From Lama guanicoe (lineage: Eukaryota), in NCBI GenBank assembly GCA_013239625.1, contig MU055574.1, positions 3,538,331-3,602,330 on the forward strand: a stretch of 64,000 nucleotides of DNA. Reading direction: 5' to 3'. Position 1 is the stretch's first letter. Each line of letters starts with the position of its first letter. The translations under genes were made by a program, and so were the position numbers. The notes beneath the pieces were generated by a model that had not been told where the DNA came from, made no database searches, and saw only the letters and a program-made list of their open reading frames with translations. Shown one piece after another: positions 49,401 through 62,696 of this stretch.

Positions 49401-52400
49401 CAATAAAAGAAATAAAATAGAGAAATCAAATGAAATAGAATGTTTTTTGATAAGCCAATATATTTTATGGCTTCCTGCTCAACGAACAGCTTTGGTTCCT
49501 GCCAAAATGTCTAACTTCCATATTATCTACGAAAGCAGTAGAACAATTTGTGCCTAAAGGTTGAGATTATGAAGCTGGAAGATGTCTCAGATTCAAATAC
49601 TCACTACATACAAAACGTCCTTTCTGCAGTCAGTGATCAGACATCTACCATTTCTCTACCTGATCTTTCTGGAATACTGCTCATGGCTGTTGGCACCTAT
49701 CATCTTTGATTCTCTAAGCAGTTTCCTTGCAGATGAGCCAGGAAGCACTGGTCTTGCCAGATTTAGCCCTCAAACTTCTCTTTTGTTTGTGGTAGAGTTC
49801 CCAGGGCCATACACAGCAGAGGAGATTGAGGCTTCTTCATAGGGTTCCTTTTAATCCTTTTTCTTGTTATATATTCAGATGAAAATAGTTGAGGCTTAAA
49901 GAAAACTTCTCTTCATAATAAATTTACCTTATGTCAATAAAAATAGATGTAGAAGCAGTAAGAGAGTATTATCTATAGAGCTTAAGATCCTAAGAGAATA
50001 TTTCATGAAGTAGAATAATTTTACAGATTTCCTAATCTCTTAAAAATGCCCAAATAGTTTTTGGTAACACATGCTGTTTTTGGAAGTGGAGTTGGAAGTG
50101 CAGTCAGTTATTTGGAGTGTTGTATCTGCATACTACCCAGAGTAAATATTAGCTCTTTTCAGATCTACTTCCAAGAACTCCTCTAGAACTAGCAGCTGAT
50201 GATTAAATAAAACCAAAGGAGAGAAGAATCACTTTTCATAACACTCTAATTACAATGCAGAAAAAAAGGGAGAGTTCTGTTTATAACCAACTGTTTCCGC
50301 ATGATAAATAAGAAAAAAGAGCAAGGGTTAGATGCAGATCAGCAAGTGGTCAAGTAGTGCCACTAGATGGGGCAATGGAGGCGTCACCGAGGCCCCAACC
50401 CAGTGGCCAGGACAGCTCTGCCATCGTTACTGGGGAAGGTAGTAGGATGAGAGATTTCCTCTGAATGGAAGGTGACAGGAGCACGGGCTGCCACCTGCGC
50501 TCCATCCCATAACCACAGAAGGCGTCTGTGCCTCTATGAAAAGAGGGACAGCCACAGTAGTCCTTCACCAATTTTTACACAATAGACATGAAGACTGAAT
50601 CAAGGATGTGCACACTGATGGCAGAACAGAGCTTCTACTCTGTGGGCACCATTCGACAATCTGCTTACCAACCTCTCTATGAAGGACAAACCGAGAAGCA
50701 CAGAGAAGTAAGGATACAGGGGCCAGTACTAAAATTGTCTGGGGGGATTCTAAGTCATCTGACACTAAAACTCAAAAACAAATGCTCCAAATTTAAGCAT
50801 CTAGACCCTTTTCTGAATGAACAACTCTTAGAGAAAAGATCTAACACCGTCCCCATGTTAGAGGTGTGGAGCCATGGATGTTTTCACAAAAGTTTCTGCT
50901 TATACTGCAAATTGAGAAATGGCATGAGAAATTTAGGCAGAAAAAGTGAAAAACATCAAACCAAGATGTTTTCATTTTTTTCAGAATAATTATGATTACA
51001 ATTTATCTCCTGAGTGGTTTTATAGTGACTTTTTCTTAATGCTTTCCAACTTTTTCTCTTAGCAAGTAACAGTATCCTCTAGATTTAAGATGAATAAAGA
51101 CTTTTGAGAATTTTTGCACATGATGTTTCAAGTGTTCATAAAAGTTTTAAAAAGGAAACATTTCAATATTTGGGGGCTTTGAAAGGAATCATATCCATTA
51201 CTTTGTGAAACTAATGGAAAAAGAGTCCTTCTTTTACTTCCTTCTATTATTTTCTTGTACTTTCAGAAAAAGAGTATCAGAACTAAGAGTTTAAGTGAGG
51301 ACATTTAAAGTATTTGAGGTCTATCTCACCGTTCATGTAAGAGTTCCTTAGCTGGGTCAAGACCCTTACCTGGGTCACAGTCTTGCCATCTTCCCTTCTT
51401 CTTGTCTGTCTTCAGGTTTTATCATTGACTTTCTCTTAAAACGTAGAGCCCAGAAGTAATGCAACTAATGTGAATGAAATACTTTTCCTTCTCTTCTTTT
51501 TTTAAAGAGATGGGCATGTCAAACAGTGGCTTACGCTGAACTTGTAATTAACTAAAATCCCCCAGATCTCTTATTCAAACCCACCACCAAGTTAGGGCTT
51601 ATCCAGTACACATCTCCTCAGCCACTTTTCTGACCTGAAATGCAGGGTTTTATTATTGCTTCTGCTTATTCAGTTTCATCTGGTTGGGTTTGCTTGGTAT
51701 GCCAATAAATTCTAATTTAACCAGACCGACCAAGTCCCTGAGAAAAAGTCATTTCTCAAGATTAATTCCCTTTTGGACTAATTAATTCAAAGTTGGAAAA
51801 ACTAAAGGTCTTTTCAGTCTATGAAGAACAGGAAAAAGGTGGGAGGAGTGAGCTGCTGAACTTGGTTCAAATTTCTTATACTGATCTAGATGAGTTTTTT
51901 AAAAACCCAACACAATTTCCCATACATAACTAAAACAATATTTAAAAATTTGTGAAAATAATGATGCACATTATTGAATGATAATCACCAATATATATTA
52001 AACATTTACTACAGGACAAGCTATGAGCTCAACTTTGTTATGTATTATCTCAGTTAAGCACCAAACTATGAGGGAAGTAATAGTTATGTACATACATATT
52101 TTTGCCAAAGAGAAAAAAGGCTTATAGAAACTATTTAAAGACTTGATGATGTGTATAGTTTTGTTGGTTTTAATTAACATAAGCTGCCTGAGCATCATTT
52201 TTGTGACAGTTTAATGAAATAACGGGGGAAAAAATCATCATATATAAATAGGAATTGGAGATGACTGTTTTCTGATGACTTCACAAGTATCTGCTTTGAG
52301 TAATTTTGCCTTATTTATTACACTAACCCAACTACATGAATGCCACAGCAAAATCTGAACAATGTATTAAGTTAAATCATGTATTTAGAATGGACAGGAC

Positions 52401-55391
52401 TGAAATGAATATCCAGTATTCTGATTATTATGTATTGAGATAATTTAAAATAGTCTCCCTTAATAAGAAAATTACTGGTAAACTGATTCCTTCCTGTCAG
52501 GAACTCATTTAATTCTGGTTCAGTTCTCATTCTGATTCCTTATCCAATTAAAATAGAACCATTAATTATTCATTTAGTTCCCAAAACAACTGCACTATTG
52601 CTGTGTGCTGCTAAATTTTATAAGACAGTTCTTTAAAGGGTTATTTTTCTCTTCAATTCTTTAGGTTTTCTTTTATATAGAACCAAAATGAGGCTCTTTC
52701 AAAATCCAAAATCTGAATCATGAATCAGAATAACGTGAAAAAGAAAACTATTATTAATATCCCATTCAATAAATATAACTGGAATGCACTGATTTAAGTA
52801 TTCTGAATCTCTGAAATAAATATAAAATCTAAAGAAAATAAAGGAAAATTTCAACACACCCAGAGCACTATCCGAAAGTCAGAGAGTAAACAGACCCATA
52901 GCTGAGAAGCGGAGAAGGGGAGTTAAGAGCCCCGCATCTCTGCTAAAGCAGCCTTCTCTTCAGGTGGTACCCAGAGTGCAAGAACAAACTGGAAGAAGGT
53001 AGCGGGCACCTGTGTTTGCAAATGCTGGAATGCAGAAGGCCACAGAACATCTCTCTATGGGGGGGCAGGCAGGCAATTCTCCTCCCAGGGCTGGCTTTAA
53101 GGACTTACAAACTGTGTAGTCACAAGGGCCCTGATGCTCGGGAGGGCTCTGTGCTCAGCAGGAAGGGTCTTGCACTGGGTTTAATGCTTGGCTCTAGCCA
53201 GGAACCTCAGTCCCCCTTTTCCTCTCTTCCCACGTCCAGTCAGTCACTGAGTCCTGCTGACTCTGCCTTCTAATTTCTTCTTCTCCATTTAAACTGCCTC
53301 TTCTCAGCTCCTCCCAGACTTTAGCAGCAGCCTCCAAATTGGCCTCCCTCCTTTGAGTCTACTCCTGAATTATTTTGTAATGGTCTTTCTAAATGGCATG
53401 TCAGATTCTGCCTAAAATCATTTACCTCAAGATAATCCAATGGTTGCCCACTGACTGAAGCACGGATAGTGAGCATATTACTTTGTTGGCTCAGCACCTG
53501 TACTTCTTTCAGAAGCATGATTTCTTCTGGGAAGTCCCTGACAGCCACTCCCTGCAAAACGATACCCTTCCCTGCGAGCTGATGCCTGGCCCAAGCTGGG
53601 TGAATCAGAGCCTTCTTCAGGGATTTTAAGGTGGAGGAAGCTGCAAGATGTCAAAACGCAAAAGCTGTCAACATCCATGATTCCTGCCAAGTAGGGAAGG
53701 CTGTCAACAGCCAGAGTCAGCAATAAGAAATGGATGGTCTTGGCAGTTTGAATTTCTGGTTCAGCTTCCTAAGGCCCTGCTGGCATCTTTACCTTTCTGT
53801 TCAACTCTCGCTTTGGCTTCTCTGAGCCAATAAATTCCTCTTTGTGCCTAAGTTAGCCAGTTTGCTGTTACACATGACAAGGCACATCATTTATTGGTTC
53901 CCACCTCTCCAAGTAACACAATTATCCTTACATTCTCACATACATATTCTAAATAAAATGCTTAATATTCTGCTAATTCAACATGCTGTTTCATAGCCCT
54001 TTCTCTGCACATGCAGGTCTCTTTGTACCTCCCATTCCAACTCTGGGGTCAACTTCTCTGTGAAGTCTTTCCTCACTCCCCTGCTCAGAGCTAGGCACCC
54101 ATTTCTTGCTTTCCAGTAATCTACGTGTAACTTCAAGCTCTTATCACAATGGACTGCAAGTGCCCTTGTGGGTGACTAACTTGCCCTAGGTAATGGCAGA
54201 ATGCAGTTAAGAACTTGGACTCTGGAACCAAATTGCTAAGCTCCCCACTGAGTAGCAGCAACCTCTATACAATCTGGATACACCTCCCTGTGTCTCAATT
54301 TCTCATCCATAAGTGGAAACACAACAGCGCCTACTTTATAGGGCTTTGGGGAAACAAGCTGTGATAAGAACTTTCAACAGTGCCTAATAGCTCTTAGCTT
54401 TACAATCATGATCCTTGAAGGCAGAAATGGAATAACTCCCATTTTTTTGTATTCCAAACACCTGGCAGAATGCCTCTTCCAAGGAATGACTATTTGCTTG
54501 ACTGTTAAGGAGCAAGCCAAAGGAGAGCTGAGATGAATGGGAAGCACAGCTAGCAACTGCCAAAGAGGAAGTCCTAATACAGAGCTGCAGACCCAGAGTT
54601 TGATAAGGGTGGAGGCTTCGTCTCCCTGACCTCTTCCAGGCAGCTGCTAACTGCGTACATTGAGGAGACACTCAAGACTGCAGGGCTTTCTGATAATCGA
54701 AGTTTATCCCTCTTGCAGAAAAGGTTTACTGATTTCCCTGGAGCCCCTAATCACCATTACACCGAGCTTTAGAAAAACGTTATTCTCAGCATTTGTTTCC
54801 TGGGACATCTCAATAAACAGGCGGAGATAAACAAGGAACTAAGCTCTGTGAAGAGACCTACTGCCTGACACATGGGCTCGTGAGTGCACGCATTGCACCA
54901 CTTCCAGACTAGCACGTAAGACGGCCAGTTACTGACTTTCAACAATTCTCAGCTGGCGAAAGAACGTCTAAGGCTACGGGGACTACCCTACGAATATTTT
55001 AATCCTGAGTTGCGGCCACTGTCCACATGTTGACCAGAAGACTCCACCTATTTAAAACTGAATTAAGAGAACTGCTAGGCGTGTTTTGCTGTTTTGGCAA
55101 CAACGGAAAAGGCAAGAGGAAGGGAACTGAAGGTGCCAAACCGCGGAGACCTGGCGTCGCCCCTTAGGATCCGAAGCCCCGGGGCGCTGAGGACGAACGC
55201 AGGCGCGGCCCCCCGGGAGGAGCGTCAGGCCAGCGCGGCTCCTCGCTCCCCTCCTGCCCCCGTCTCCGTCCCCACCCGGCCGCGGCCCTGCCGCGGGCGA
55301 CAGTACCCGAGGACAGCTCTGGATCCGCGGTGCTCATCTCAGCCAGGCTTCCGGCCAGCAGGATAAGGGCAAGGAAAAAGAGAAGAGCCAT
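36908..55391 (-). CDS. IFNGR1: Interferon gamma receptor 1; spliced CDS complement(join(36908..37450,39305..39432,42319..42508,44222..44394,45930..46093,46758..46872,55307..55391)), 465 aa
   Basis: Exons 85+115+164+173+190+128+543=1398 nt, all GT-AG, frame continuous. Signal peptide MALLFFLAL, 8 ectodomain Cys, TM segment, JAK1 box LPKS, STAT1 site YDKPH, C-terminus DSKEFS. Confidence 0.98.
38896..39269 (-). mobile_element. Tigger2-family (MER28-like) non-autonomous Tc1/mariner element
   Basis: TIRs cagttgacccttgaacaa and ttgttcgagggccaactg, with TA on both sides. Confidence 0.88.
39305..39432 (-). CDS. IFNGR1: IFNGR1 exon 6 (transmembrane helix and LPKS box)
   Basis: Acceptor tctcag|AT, donor TTG|gtagtg; 128 nt; [25 protein letters not shown]...LPKSL. 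Confidence 0.96.
41301..41482. other. Assembly gap (others at 48631-48831, 48889-49081, 61942-62081)
   Basis: N runs, all in or next to interspersed repeats. Confidence 0.99.
41483..41880 (+). mobile_element. L1 3' end, next to an assembly gap
   Basis: Same 3' UTR family as 30570-30930. Confidence 0.85.
42319..42508 (-). CDS. IFNGR1: IFNGR1 exon 5 (ATDKTY...[11 protein letters not shown]...ELCITIF)
   Basis: Acceptor atacag|GCC, donor A|gtaagt; 190 nt. Confidence 0.96.
44222..44394 (-). CDS. IFNGR1: IFNGR1 exon 4 ([24 protein letters not shown]...INGSE)
   Basis: Acceptor ccccag|GG, donor GAA|gtatgt; 173 nt. Confidence 0.97.
45930..46093 (-). CDS. IFNGR1: IFNGR1 exon 3 (DPVWIDAC...[26 protein letters not shown])
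   Basis: Acceptor ttttag|G, donor G|gtgagt; 164 nt; conserved [16 protein letters not shown] motif. Confidence 0.97.
46758..46872 (-). CDS. IFNGR1: IFNGR1 exon 2 ([22 protein letters not shown]...VKAYE)
   Basis: Acceptor ttacag|TG, donor GA|gtgagt; 115 nt. Confidence 0.96.
48348..48565. mobile_element. MER20 hAT MITE
   Basis: cagtggtt...gattttgtcccccagggg...tgtctagagacatttt...gatgctgctaaa...ctg. Confidence 0.85.
48832..49420 (+). mobile_element. L1 3' region interrupted by gaps
   Basis: agcaattccaatcctgggtatata; aaactaatataatattgtaaatcaactatacttcaataaaa. Confidence 0.85.
55307..55391 (-). CDS. IFNGR1: IFNGR1 exon 1 (signal peptide [28 protein letters not shown])
   Basis: ATG at 55391 inside a CpG island; donor TCGG|gtactg; 85 nt, phase 1. 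Confidence 0.96.
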
Positions 55392-55643
55392 GATACTCGG
55401 TACCGACTCCGGTGCGGCCCTGAACTGCGGCCGTCCCCCGACGCGGCCCCGGGGCCTAGGCCTTGCGTCACATCCGCCACCGCGGACCAGCCCTCCGGCG
55501 GGAGGCGGAGCGTGGACGGGAAAGTAAGGTGTGGACAGTGAAGTGGAGACCAAGACGGGGAGGCGGGGCTAGGCCTGAGAGGCCGGCTTTGACGGGGAGG
55601 CGGAGCCAGACCGGGTGACGGAGCCAGGGCTGGGAGGCGGGAC

Positions 55644-55705
55644 CAGAGCGGAAGGCGGGGCCAGAGCGGAAGGCGGGGTCAGAGCGAGGGGCGGAGTTAG
55701 AGCGG
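55644..55705. repeat. 18-bp tandem repeat (about 3.5 copies, AGAGCGGAAGGCGGGGCC) in the IFNGR1 promoter
   Basis: Seen directly in the sequence. Confidence 0.8.
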
Positions 55706-56739
55706 GTTGCGGAGCCAGGGCAGGGAGGTGGGGCTCGCTGGCGGGAACTCGGACTTTTGCCGGGAGGCGGAGGCGGCCTGAGGAGTAGGGTGTGGTAAGA
55801 GAGGCAAAACTACAATGGGAAGGCCGAGAGGGGCCGCCTCCAAGGAAGCTCGGCGTCAGGGCCACGCAATCTGTGGTCGCGCGACCTTGGCTCGCAGGTT
55901 TGTAAGCAATTTGTGTCCAAAGGTTATGTTCTTTCGGCTTGGCATTACCTGCCCGGTTTCATCTTCTTCTTTTTGCAGTGTTTTGCCCTAGGCCACAACC
56001 CAGCCACGGTCTTTATCTTACAGTACATTAGACTTCTGCATCAAGGTGTATGGAAACTTGAGAGTTTAGGATAGAAGGAGCGCTTAGGTGCCTTCTCCAG
56101 TCCCTGCATTTGTATTTGAGAATCCCGAAGTTTCGCCGGTGAAATGGTTTGTGCAAACTTCCCCAGCCCAAATCGAATTGGTTCAGCCAAGAACTATTTA
56201 TTTTTGGAGGAAAAACGACTTGAATTACCTTTTCAGCAATTAAATATCGAATAGCGGTTTACTCAACAGCCTCTCACCACGAGATCTGCCCTCTTTCCTC
56301 TCTGACCACATCTCATGTTACTCTGCGTCTCACCTATTCTACTCCAGCCACACTGGCCTCTGCTCTTCCTAGAACACTCCTGGCTTGTGCTCAGATACAA
56401 ATGTAGCTAAAGACCTCACCTCTTCAAGTCTCTGCTTATCATGGCCTTAGGGAAACTTTGATATTACAACCCATCTCCCCTGCTTTTTTTTTCATGACAC
56501 TTATCACCTTCCCTCACACTCTACAATATGCATATTGATGTTTATCCCACCCCGCTTCTAGAATGTAAGCTCTGTAGGGCTGAAATCTTTGGCACTCATT
56601 TAGTGTTTGTTGCATGAAAGAAGGCATGATTACACTAGCACTCAGCAAAATTTCAGAGAGAAAAACCTTACGAAGATGCTGTACAAACAAGAGAGGACAT
56701 ATTAGCAAGATCATTTTATTTATATTAATAAACCCCTTA

Positions 56740-56915
56740 GCTCAGTATTTCAGAAAATAAATAAACATGTGAACTGCCTGGGATCTTGTAAAAATGGAGA
56801 TTTGGATTCAGTTGGTCTGATTCAGTTTGGGCCTTGAGAGCCTGCATTTGCAACAAAATACACCAAGAATGGCAATACCACTAGCTCTAAGACCACACTT
56901 TGATTAGGAAGGCTT
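56740..56915. mobile_element. MER5-like hAT element
   Basis: cctgggatcttgtaaaaatg...ctgcatttgcaacaa...gaccacactttga. Confidence 0.6.
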
Positions 56916-56986
56916 TAGCTCAAACTAAGTTTTGGGGCCTATTTTGTTTGATGTGTTTATCTAAGTTTGTCTTAGTTTGGGTTGTT

Positions 56987-57321
56987 TGTCTTAGTCTGGG
57001 TTGCTATGGCAAAATATCACAGACCAAGTAGCTTACAAACAATGGAATTCTATCTCTCATCGTCTGGAGGCTAAAGGTCCAAGGTCAGAGTGCCAGCATG
57101 GTCAGGTGAGGGCTCTCCTCTGGGGAGCAGATTTGTAGTTGTTTTCTCACATGACAGAAGAGGGAGGGACCTCTCTTTTATAAGGTGCTAATCCCATTCA
57201 TGAGGGTTCCACCTTCATGATTTAAGCACCTCCCAAAGGCCACACCACTTAATATCATCACCTTTGGGAATTAGAATTTCAACATATGAATCTGGGGGCA
57301 CATAAATTTTCATACCATAAC
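56987..57321 (-). mobile_element. MaLR LTR (MLT1A/MST-like)
   Basis: tgtcttagtc...ctaatcccattcatgagggttccaccttcatga...tttcaacatatgaat...ataaca. Confidence 0.85.
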
Positions 57322-57454
57322 ACTCACTATATAAAAGTCACCTTCTACTCTTTGCAAGGATGCAAGGATAAATAAGAAGTGAACTTTGCGGTTTAGGAGT
57401 TTATGGAGTGGGACAGAACATAATATTCAGTTCAGTTCAGTAAACTGTTTTGTA

Positions 57455-57882
57455 GTAGCCATCACAGGTTGGGTTACCCATGAAGTAGACTCTGAAGGGG
57501 AGATTAGTCTGCAAGACATGCTCTTGGAATTGACCCCTATGAAAAAGAGGTGGAAGAAACAGGATTGAGCAGAGGGAGAAGATGGTCTATAATGCCATCC
57601 TAACAAAGCCTTCAGCTGGCCTTCAGAGCTGGGATGGACTTTTAGAGGTATCTTTGAGTTAGCTTGAATGGCTGGAACTTCAACTCCCAAAGATGATTAG
57701 TCATTAGATGCAAACCACCCAGAGAGAAGACATGATTTGGGGCTTCCTGTTTCTTTAACTGAGGCATTCTCTGAAGAGGACTGGTTGCTGAGGGTGCCTG
57801 CCAGTAACACTCCCAGAAGCAGGGAGAAGATGGGGCTAAATCTTCTATTGCTGGGCAGAGCTTCACAATCAGTGTCCACCAC
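57455..57882 (-). mobile_element. ERVL LTR (LTR16-like)
   Basis: gaagtagactctga...caggattgagcagagggagaag...gtgtccaccaca. Confidence 0.6.
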
Positions 57883-59369
57883 AGTACCTATTTTTCTGAG
57901 GCACTGTGCTGCTTACTTGGAGACAAAAGATATTTATTAATTCGTTAAATATTATTGATTGCCACGATGTGTGTCTAACACTGTTGGATGCTGAAGTATA
58001 GACCCGAGTGAGACAGGTATGGCCCTGCCTTCATGGAGTTTAGTCTACTGAGGGATTCGACAGGCGTTAATCAAGCTATTACACAAACAAGTACTGAAAT
58101 TGTGGGAATTGTTATCAAGGAGAGCAATGAATTAACAGGAGCATAAACAGGAGCTTAGTCTAAGTTCTAAGGAAGTTCTTATTTGAGGCAGTTACAATTA
58201 TGTTATGGCCTGAAAGATAAAAAGGGAATTAGCCTGAATAAAGCCAGGGGGATGCGGGGGTCAAAGGCTAGAAAGAGAGAGAAGACGAAAGTAAAAGATA
58301 TTTAAAAATCCAATATATAAATCTTATATAGCCACACACACAGAAGGCAAATGAGCAGTGCCAGTGTCCTTGGTAAACATCTAATGCCTCATGACTAGAG
58401 AAGATTCAAGTATATGTTGGTCCCTGCTACATCCTCAGGTGAGTTTTTATTTAAGACCAAGAAAACCATTGTGGGGTGAGGGGTGGATACATCCAAGGCC
58501 AAGTGTAAAGGGACGTACCACTCAGGAAATAGGCTACTTTTTGTAGGCCACACTCGACGTGGCCTAGAGGAAGTTAAATAAAGGCCAAATAACATAATTT
58601 AAGAAATCAAAACTATGTTCTAATGAGAACAGAGACTGGCTGTGCAGCACACACTGTGCACTCGTGGCTCCTGGCACTGTGCATTTCCTTCCTTTTTTCT
58701 CTAGAGCGGAAAATGTCCGCCCATGTCCCTGTAAAGGAGACAAATGGAAAAAATCTGTGACTAAAGCATTTAGCTCCAATGTTCTAGAAATTCAAGCAGA
58801 CCCTCCCCTACCTTCTACCTTCACATTCTTTGCCTCCACCCTGCCTCTTAACTATGTTTTTGCCACTGTGTGTCTGCAAACACGGAAGTACTGAAATTGT
58901 GGTAATCATGACAAAGAAAAGAACAGGATTATTGGGGCATCAGTCCTCTCTCTCTTCCGCTAGAAAGCAAACTCCTTATTTTCTTCACTGCTGTATCCCC
59001 TGCATCTAGGCCAAATGCCTATCATTCCATTAATATGTATTGAATAAATATGTGAACTGACAAAACAAGCTATGAACAAAGCTAGCTTGTAGGATTGTAG
59101 CAGGTATAGTTAAACTTATGGTTGATCAAGCTATGATTGGGTCACTGATGAGAATTTAGACATGTTTGGATATCATACTGGTACCAAACCAAGTCCTCTC
59201 CGTTTTTATCCTGCATGCAGCCCCCTTTTGAGGAAAGCTGTCATGCTGACATCTGATCATATCAGATCAATCCCTGACTCAGAGGCAGTTATTCATAGTC
59301 TGCAGAGTCTTCGAGTAGATGTCTTGTCTTGGAGCCCTGCCTAAGATAGATGCCACACACTCGATGGTG

Positions 59370-59850
59370 ATGGTGGCAGACATCGTTCATTGGCTGACTG
59401 CTAAGAACATTTCTCCTTGCTTCCTTCTCACTGTAGAGGCTATAAAAGCTCAATAGTCACTGCCCCAACCTTCATGGCAGCTAAGCATATTCATATTACA
59501 TAATTTTGGTCAGTGAGACATAAATAGAAGTCTCTGTGCATGTGTGTGTGACGGATGCAACAGGAGAGCTTGTTGGCCTTGACCTTTCTCTAGTCTTCCT
59601 GCCTTAAATGTAGACATAAGATGCCTGGGTCTGCAGCAGCCATCTTGCAACCAGGAGGCAACACAATTAAGGATGAAAAACCAACAGCTAAAAATGGAGG
59701 AATACAGAGATGGAAAGCCTGAGATGTCAATGTTTGCACTGAATGGCCGAACACATGTCTGCAACCAGCTACCTCTGGACTCTTGTCAAAGGAGAAAAAA
59801 TAAGGCCCTATTGATTTAAACCATTGCCAGTTCGGTTTTCTGTTGTTAAA
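59370..59850 (+). mobile_element. MaLR LTR (MLT1J-like)
   Basis: gcagcagccatcttgcaaccagg...tacctctggactcttg...tttaaaccattg. Confidence 0.7.
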
Positions 59851-59859
59851 CCAACCTAA

Positions 59860-60230
59860 ATAAATTCCCTTTCAGAGAGCTGGGGTGTAAACCACAATGG
59901 ACGGGAGGATGGGCGTGGGAGGAGGGAAGAAAGAAAAAAGAAGAAGCAACAGACTCTGGGACAGAAAGTACAGCACTAGCATAGTAAGCGAAGAAGTTCC
60001 CTCGCTGAGGGGAGAAGAGGAGGCCCGAGACTTGGAGCTGCTGCGGCAGCCCGGGGCTTCGTAGCACCGCTGTGTACCCTGAACACGGGTCCCTCCTGGC
60101 GGCCCCGGAGGACACCTCACTGGTGACTGTTCCCCTTTTGACTTTCCTGCACATCTTCACCAGAATTCCTTGTCACTGGAGGTAATCTGAGTGTCTCTGT
60201 CCTTGCAACTGAAAGAGCCCACCTAACACA
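59860..60230 (+). mobile_element. ERVL LTR (LTR33-like)
   Basis: 3' end gtctctgtccttgcaactgaaagagcccacctaaca. Confidence 0.5.
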
Positions 60231-61864
60231 GTCTCTTGCCATCTGTGGTCAGTCCCATAGAGGACAGCTACCATGTGTTTTTAGAAAATATTTCTCAGTA
60301 TCACCCAAAACACTGGGCTGGATAAGCTGTTGCTGAGAAGAACCAAGCAATGTAAAGGAGCATACATGGTGCCTCGCGGTTCCTCTTTCAGTGCTTCTTC
60401 CTCCCCAGGTGCTTTCCCACGTCATGCCAATGCCCTCTTGTTGCTTTTCAGATACCGAGAGTCCTTCAGCCTTGAGAATATCTAGGATTGCCCTGGTTCA
60501 CAGGGCTTCAGCTAAGGTTTCTCTCCACCTTAACCTCTGATCGCCATTTAGGTAAATGGTTCCATAATCTGCAGGCAGATCCTCTTAGCTGGCTCTGGGT
60601 AAAGATGGGTAAACAGATTTATTGATAGACATCAGCATTTGATAACCATTTTTGTGTAAGCACACCTATGTATCTTAGCATTATAACTAGCAAAACAGTG
60701 GATTTGCGATAGTGACATTGGAGGTCTTGACAAGAACATAAAGAATAAGATATTTTGCTCTGAAAGAGGGGTTTTTTGGGTAACTCTGATTATAACAGCC
60801 CATTTCCTGAAATACAGGGCACACTTGGTATAGGTTACTGCAAACTAGCAGTTCATGTACTAAAGTCAGCCAGTAGACATGTTTTACTTGGTCAGAAGAG
60901 ATGATTTTGTTTTCATTGGCTCTAGGCAGAGTATAGATTCCTTTTAAGTTTTCAATATCTACACTAATTAATATTATCCTGTACACCAACACTGGGTTTC
61001 TAGAGCAAAACGAATTATTATTGACTTACGCAAAAGTCATCCCATCTCCTCTTTGTCCCAGTTCTTACCCCTGGGGCCATGCAATGAAAGCCAGATGTCA
61101 TCCTACATGTAACAGTGTCTACTGCAGCTGAGCAGCTCACTCCCTCTCAAAGCAATCTGCACATCTGTCTCTCCCTTTCTGAGAGACTAAGTGAAATCTG
61201 CTTCCTATTGTAGACAAATACTCCTTGAGGACGCAAAGAAGGGAAATGGATTCTTACCTTTGGGATGTAAATAAATATATCCCCATGGAAAATAAGATGA
61301 GAGCCTCCAGCTTTACATCACAGGAGATGTCCGCATGGTCCCACGGGGGTTGGGGCTTCATTGCTCCTTGACATTAAAAAAACTACTTGGCTCTAGGGAG
61401 GAAAATCTCTCTGGAATTCTCATGAGGGAATCACTCATAAATTTACTTTCAGGCTTGTTCTTTTAGCTCAGATCCCAATTGTCAGTAACATTTGCTCAGA
61501 AAATAGTTAACTGTACAGAAGCATACAAATTTTCTCTACAGCCTACTGTTCCCCAGTTGAACCACAGGCTCACTCTCTCGATCACCTGATGCATTGCTTG
61601 ATTTATGCTACCTTCTGGATTCTTGTAGGTATTTGAGTTTGCGATCTCTACTTTACATCATTCTTTAATTTAAATCAACCCTTAATGAAAGCTTTCTACC
61701 AAGCTGTCATAATCAATACTTTGATCAAAGAATGTATATGTGCTACCATTCAGACCTCTAAAAGGAGAATTGAAATACATTAAGTTTGTGTGAAAGGAGA
61801 ATTTATAATATGATTCTTTGTACTAGAAATCAAACCAAAATGAAAAGATAATTTCTTACTACTT

Positions 61865-62227
61865 ACTATAGATTGAATGTCTGTGTCCCCCACCACCCTG
61901 AGTTTATATGTTAAATCCCAACCCTTAGTGTGACGGTACTGNNNNNNNNNNNNNNNNNNNNNNNNNNNNNNNNNNNNNNNNNNNNNNNNNNNNNNNNNNN
62001 NNNNNNNNNNNNNNNNNNNNNNNNNNNNNNNNNNNNNNNNNNNNNNNNNNNNNNNNNNNNNNNNNNNNNNNNNNNNNNNNNGAACCACGAAGAGGACCCT
62101 CACCAAGTTTGCCAGTGCCCTGGTCTTGGACTTCCTGACCTCCAAAACTGACAGAAATAAATGTCTGTTGTTTATAAGCCACTCAGTCCATGGTATTCTG
62201 TTACAGCAACTGGATCAGACTAAGATA
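61865..62227 (+). mobile_element. MaLR LTR (MLT1A-like) spanning a gap
   Basis: tgaatgtctgtgtcccc...cttggacttcc...aaataaatgtctgttgtttataagccac...gactaagata. Confidence 0.85.
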
Positions 62228-62389
62228 CTCCTCCAAATTGTGTAGAGAACAATCTTTTCTACATGGAAATGTATCATGTGGAAAAGTGTGTTAATCTTAT
62301 CACAGTATCCCAGCTGCTGGTTAGGAGTGAGCAAGACAGTCTTTTCTTCAGTCAGTCCGTCATCAGATGGACAGTTGATGAGAGAGACA

Positions 62390-62630
62390 GTACAGTGCCA
62401 TGACCACGCATGACGCCTCTGAAGCTGGTCTACCTGGGTTCATCACCATTGAATAACCCACGTGGCCTTGGGCAAATTACTTAACTTCTCTGTGCCTTGG
62501 TTTCATTATCTGTAAAGCGGAGATAGAATTATGTATGCCACATAGGATCATTGTGATGGTTCAATGAGACAGTTGTCAACAGTGCTTAGGCCCATGCCTG
62601 CTGGGTAAGTAAATGTTAGCTGTGTATTAT
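62390..62630 (+). mobile_element. MIR SINE
   Basis: ccttgggcaaattacttaacttctctgtgccttggtttc...atctgtaaa. Confidence 0.75.
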
Positions 62631-62696
62631 TATTTGCTAGATACTCCCCCCCACCCTCCACCCAACCACAGTTATTTAAATAAGAATGAGCTATAA

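Larger units (their letters stand above)
55070..55900 (-). promoter_or_regulatory. IFNGR1 CpG-island promoter with many GC boxes and an ETS/CRE-like element (GGATGTGACGCAA)
   Basis: Dense CpG, repeated GGGCGG/GGAGGCGG motifs, no obvious TATA box, spans exon 1. Confidence 0.9.

Noticed and set aside
55569-55865. Pro/Ala-repeat ORF (ALTPP/ALAPP)
   Set aside because: Translation of the promoter's 18-bp tandem repeat.
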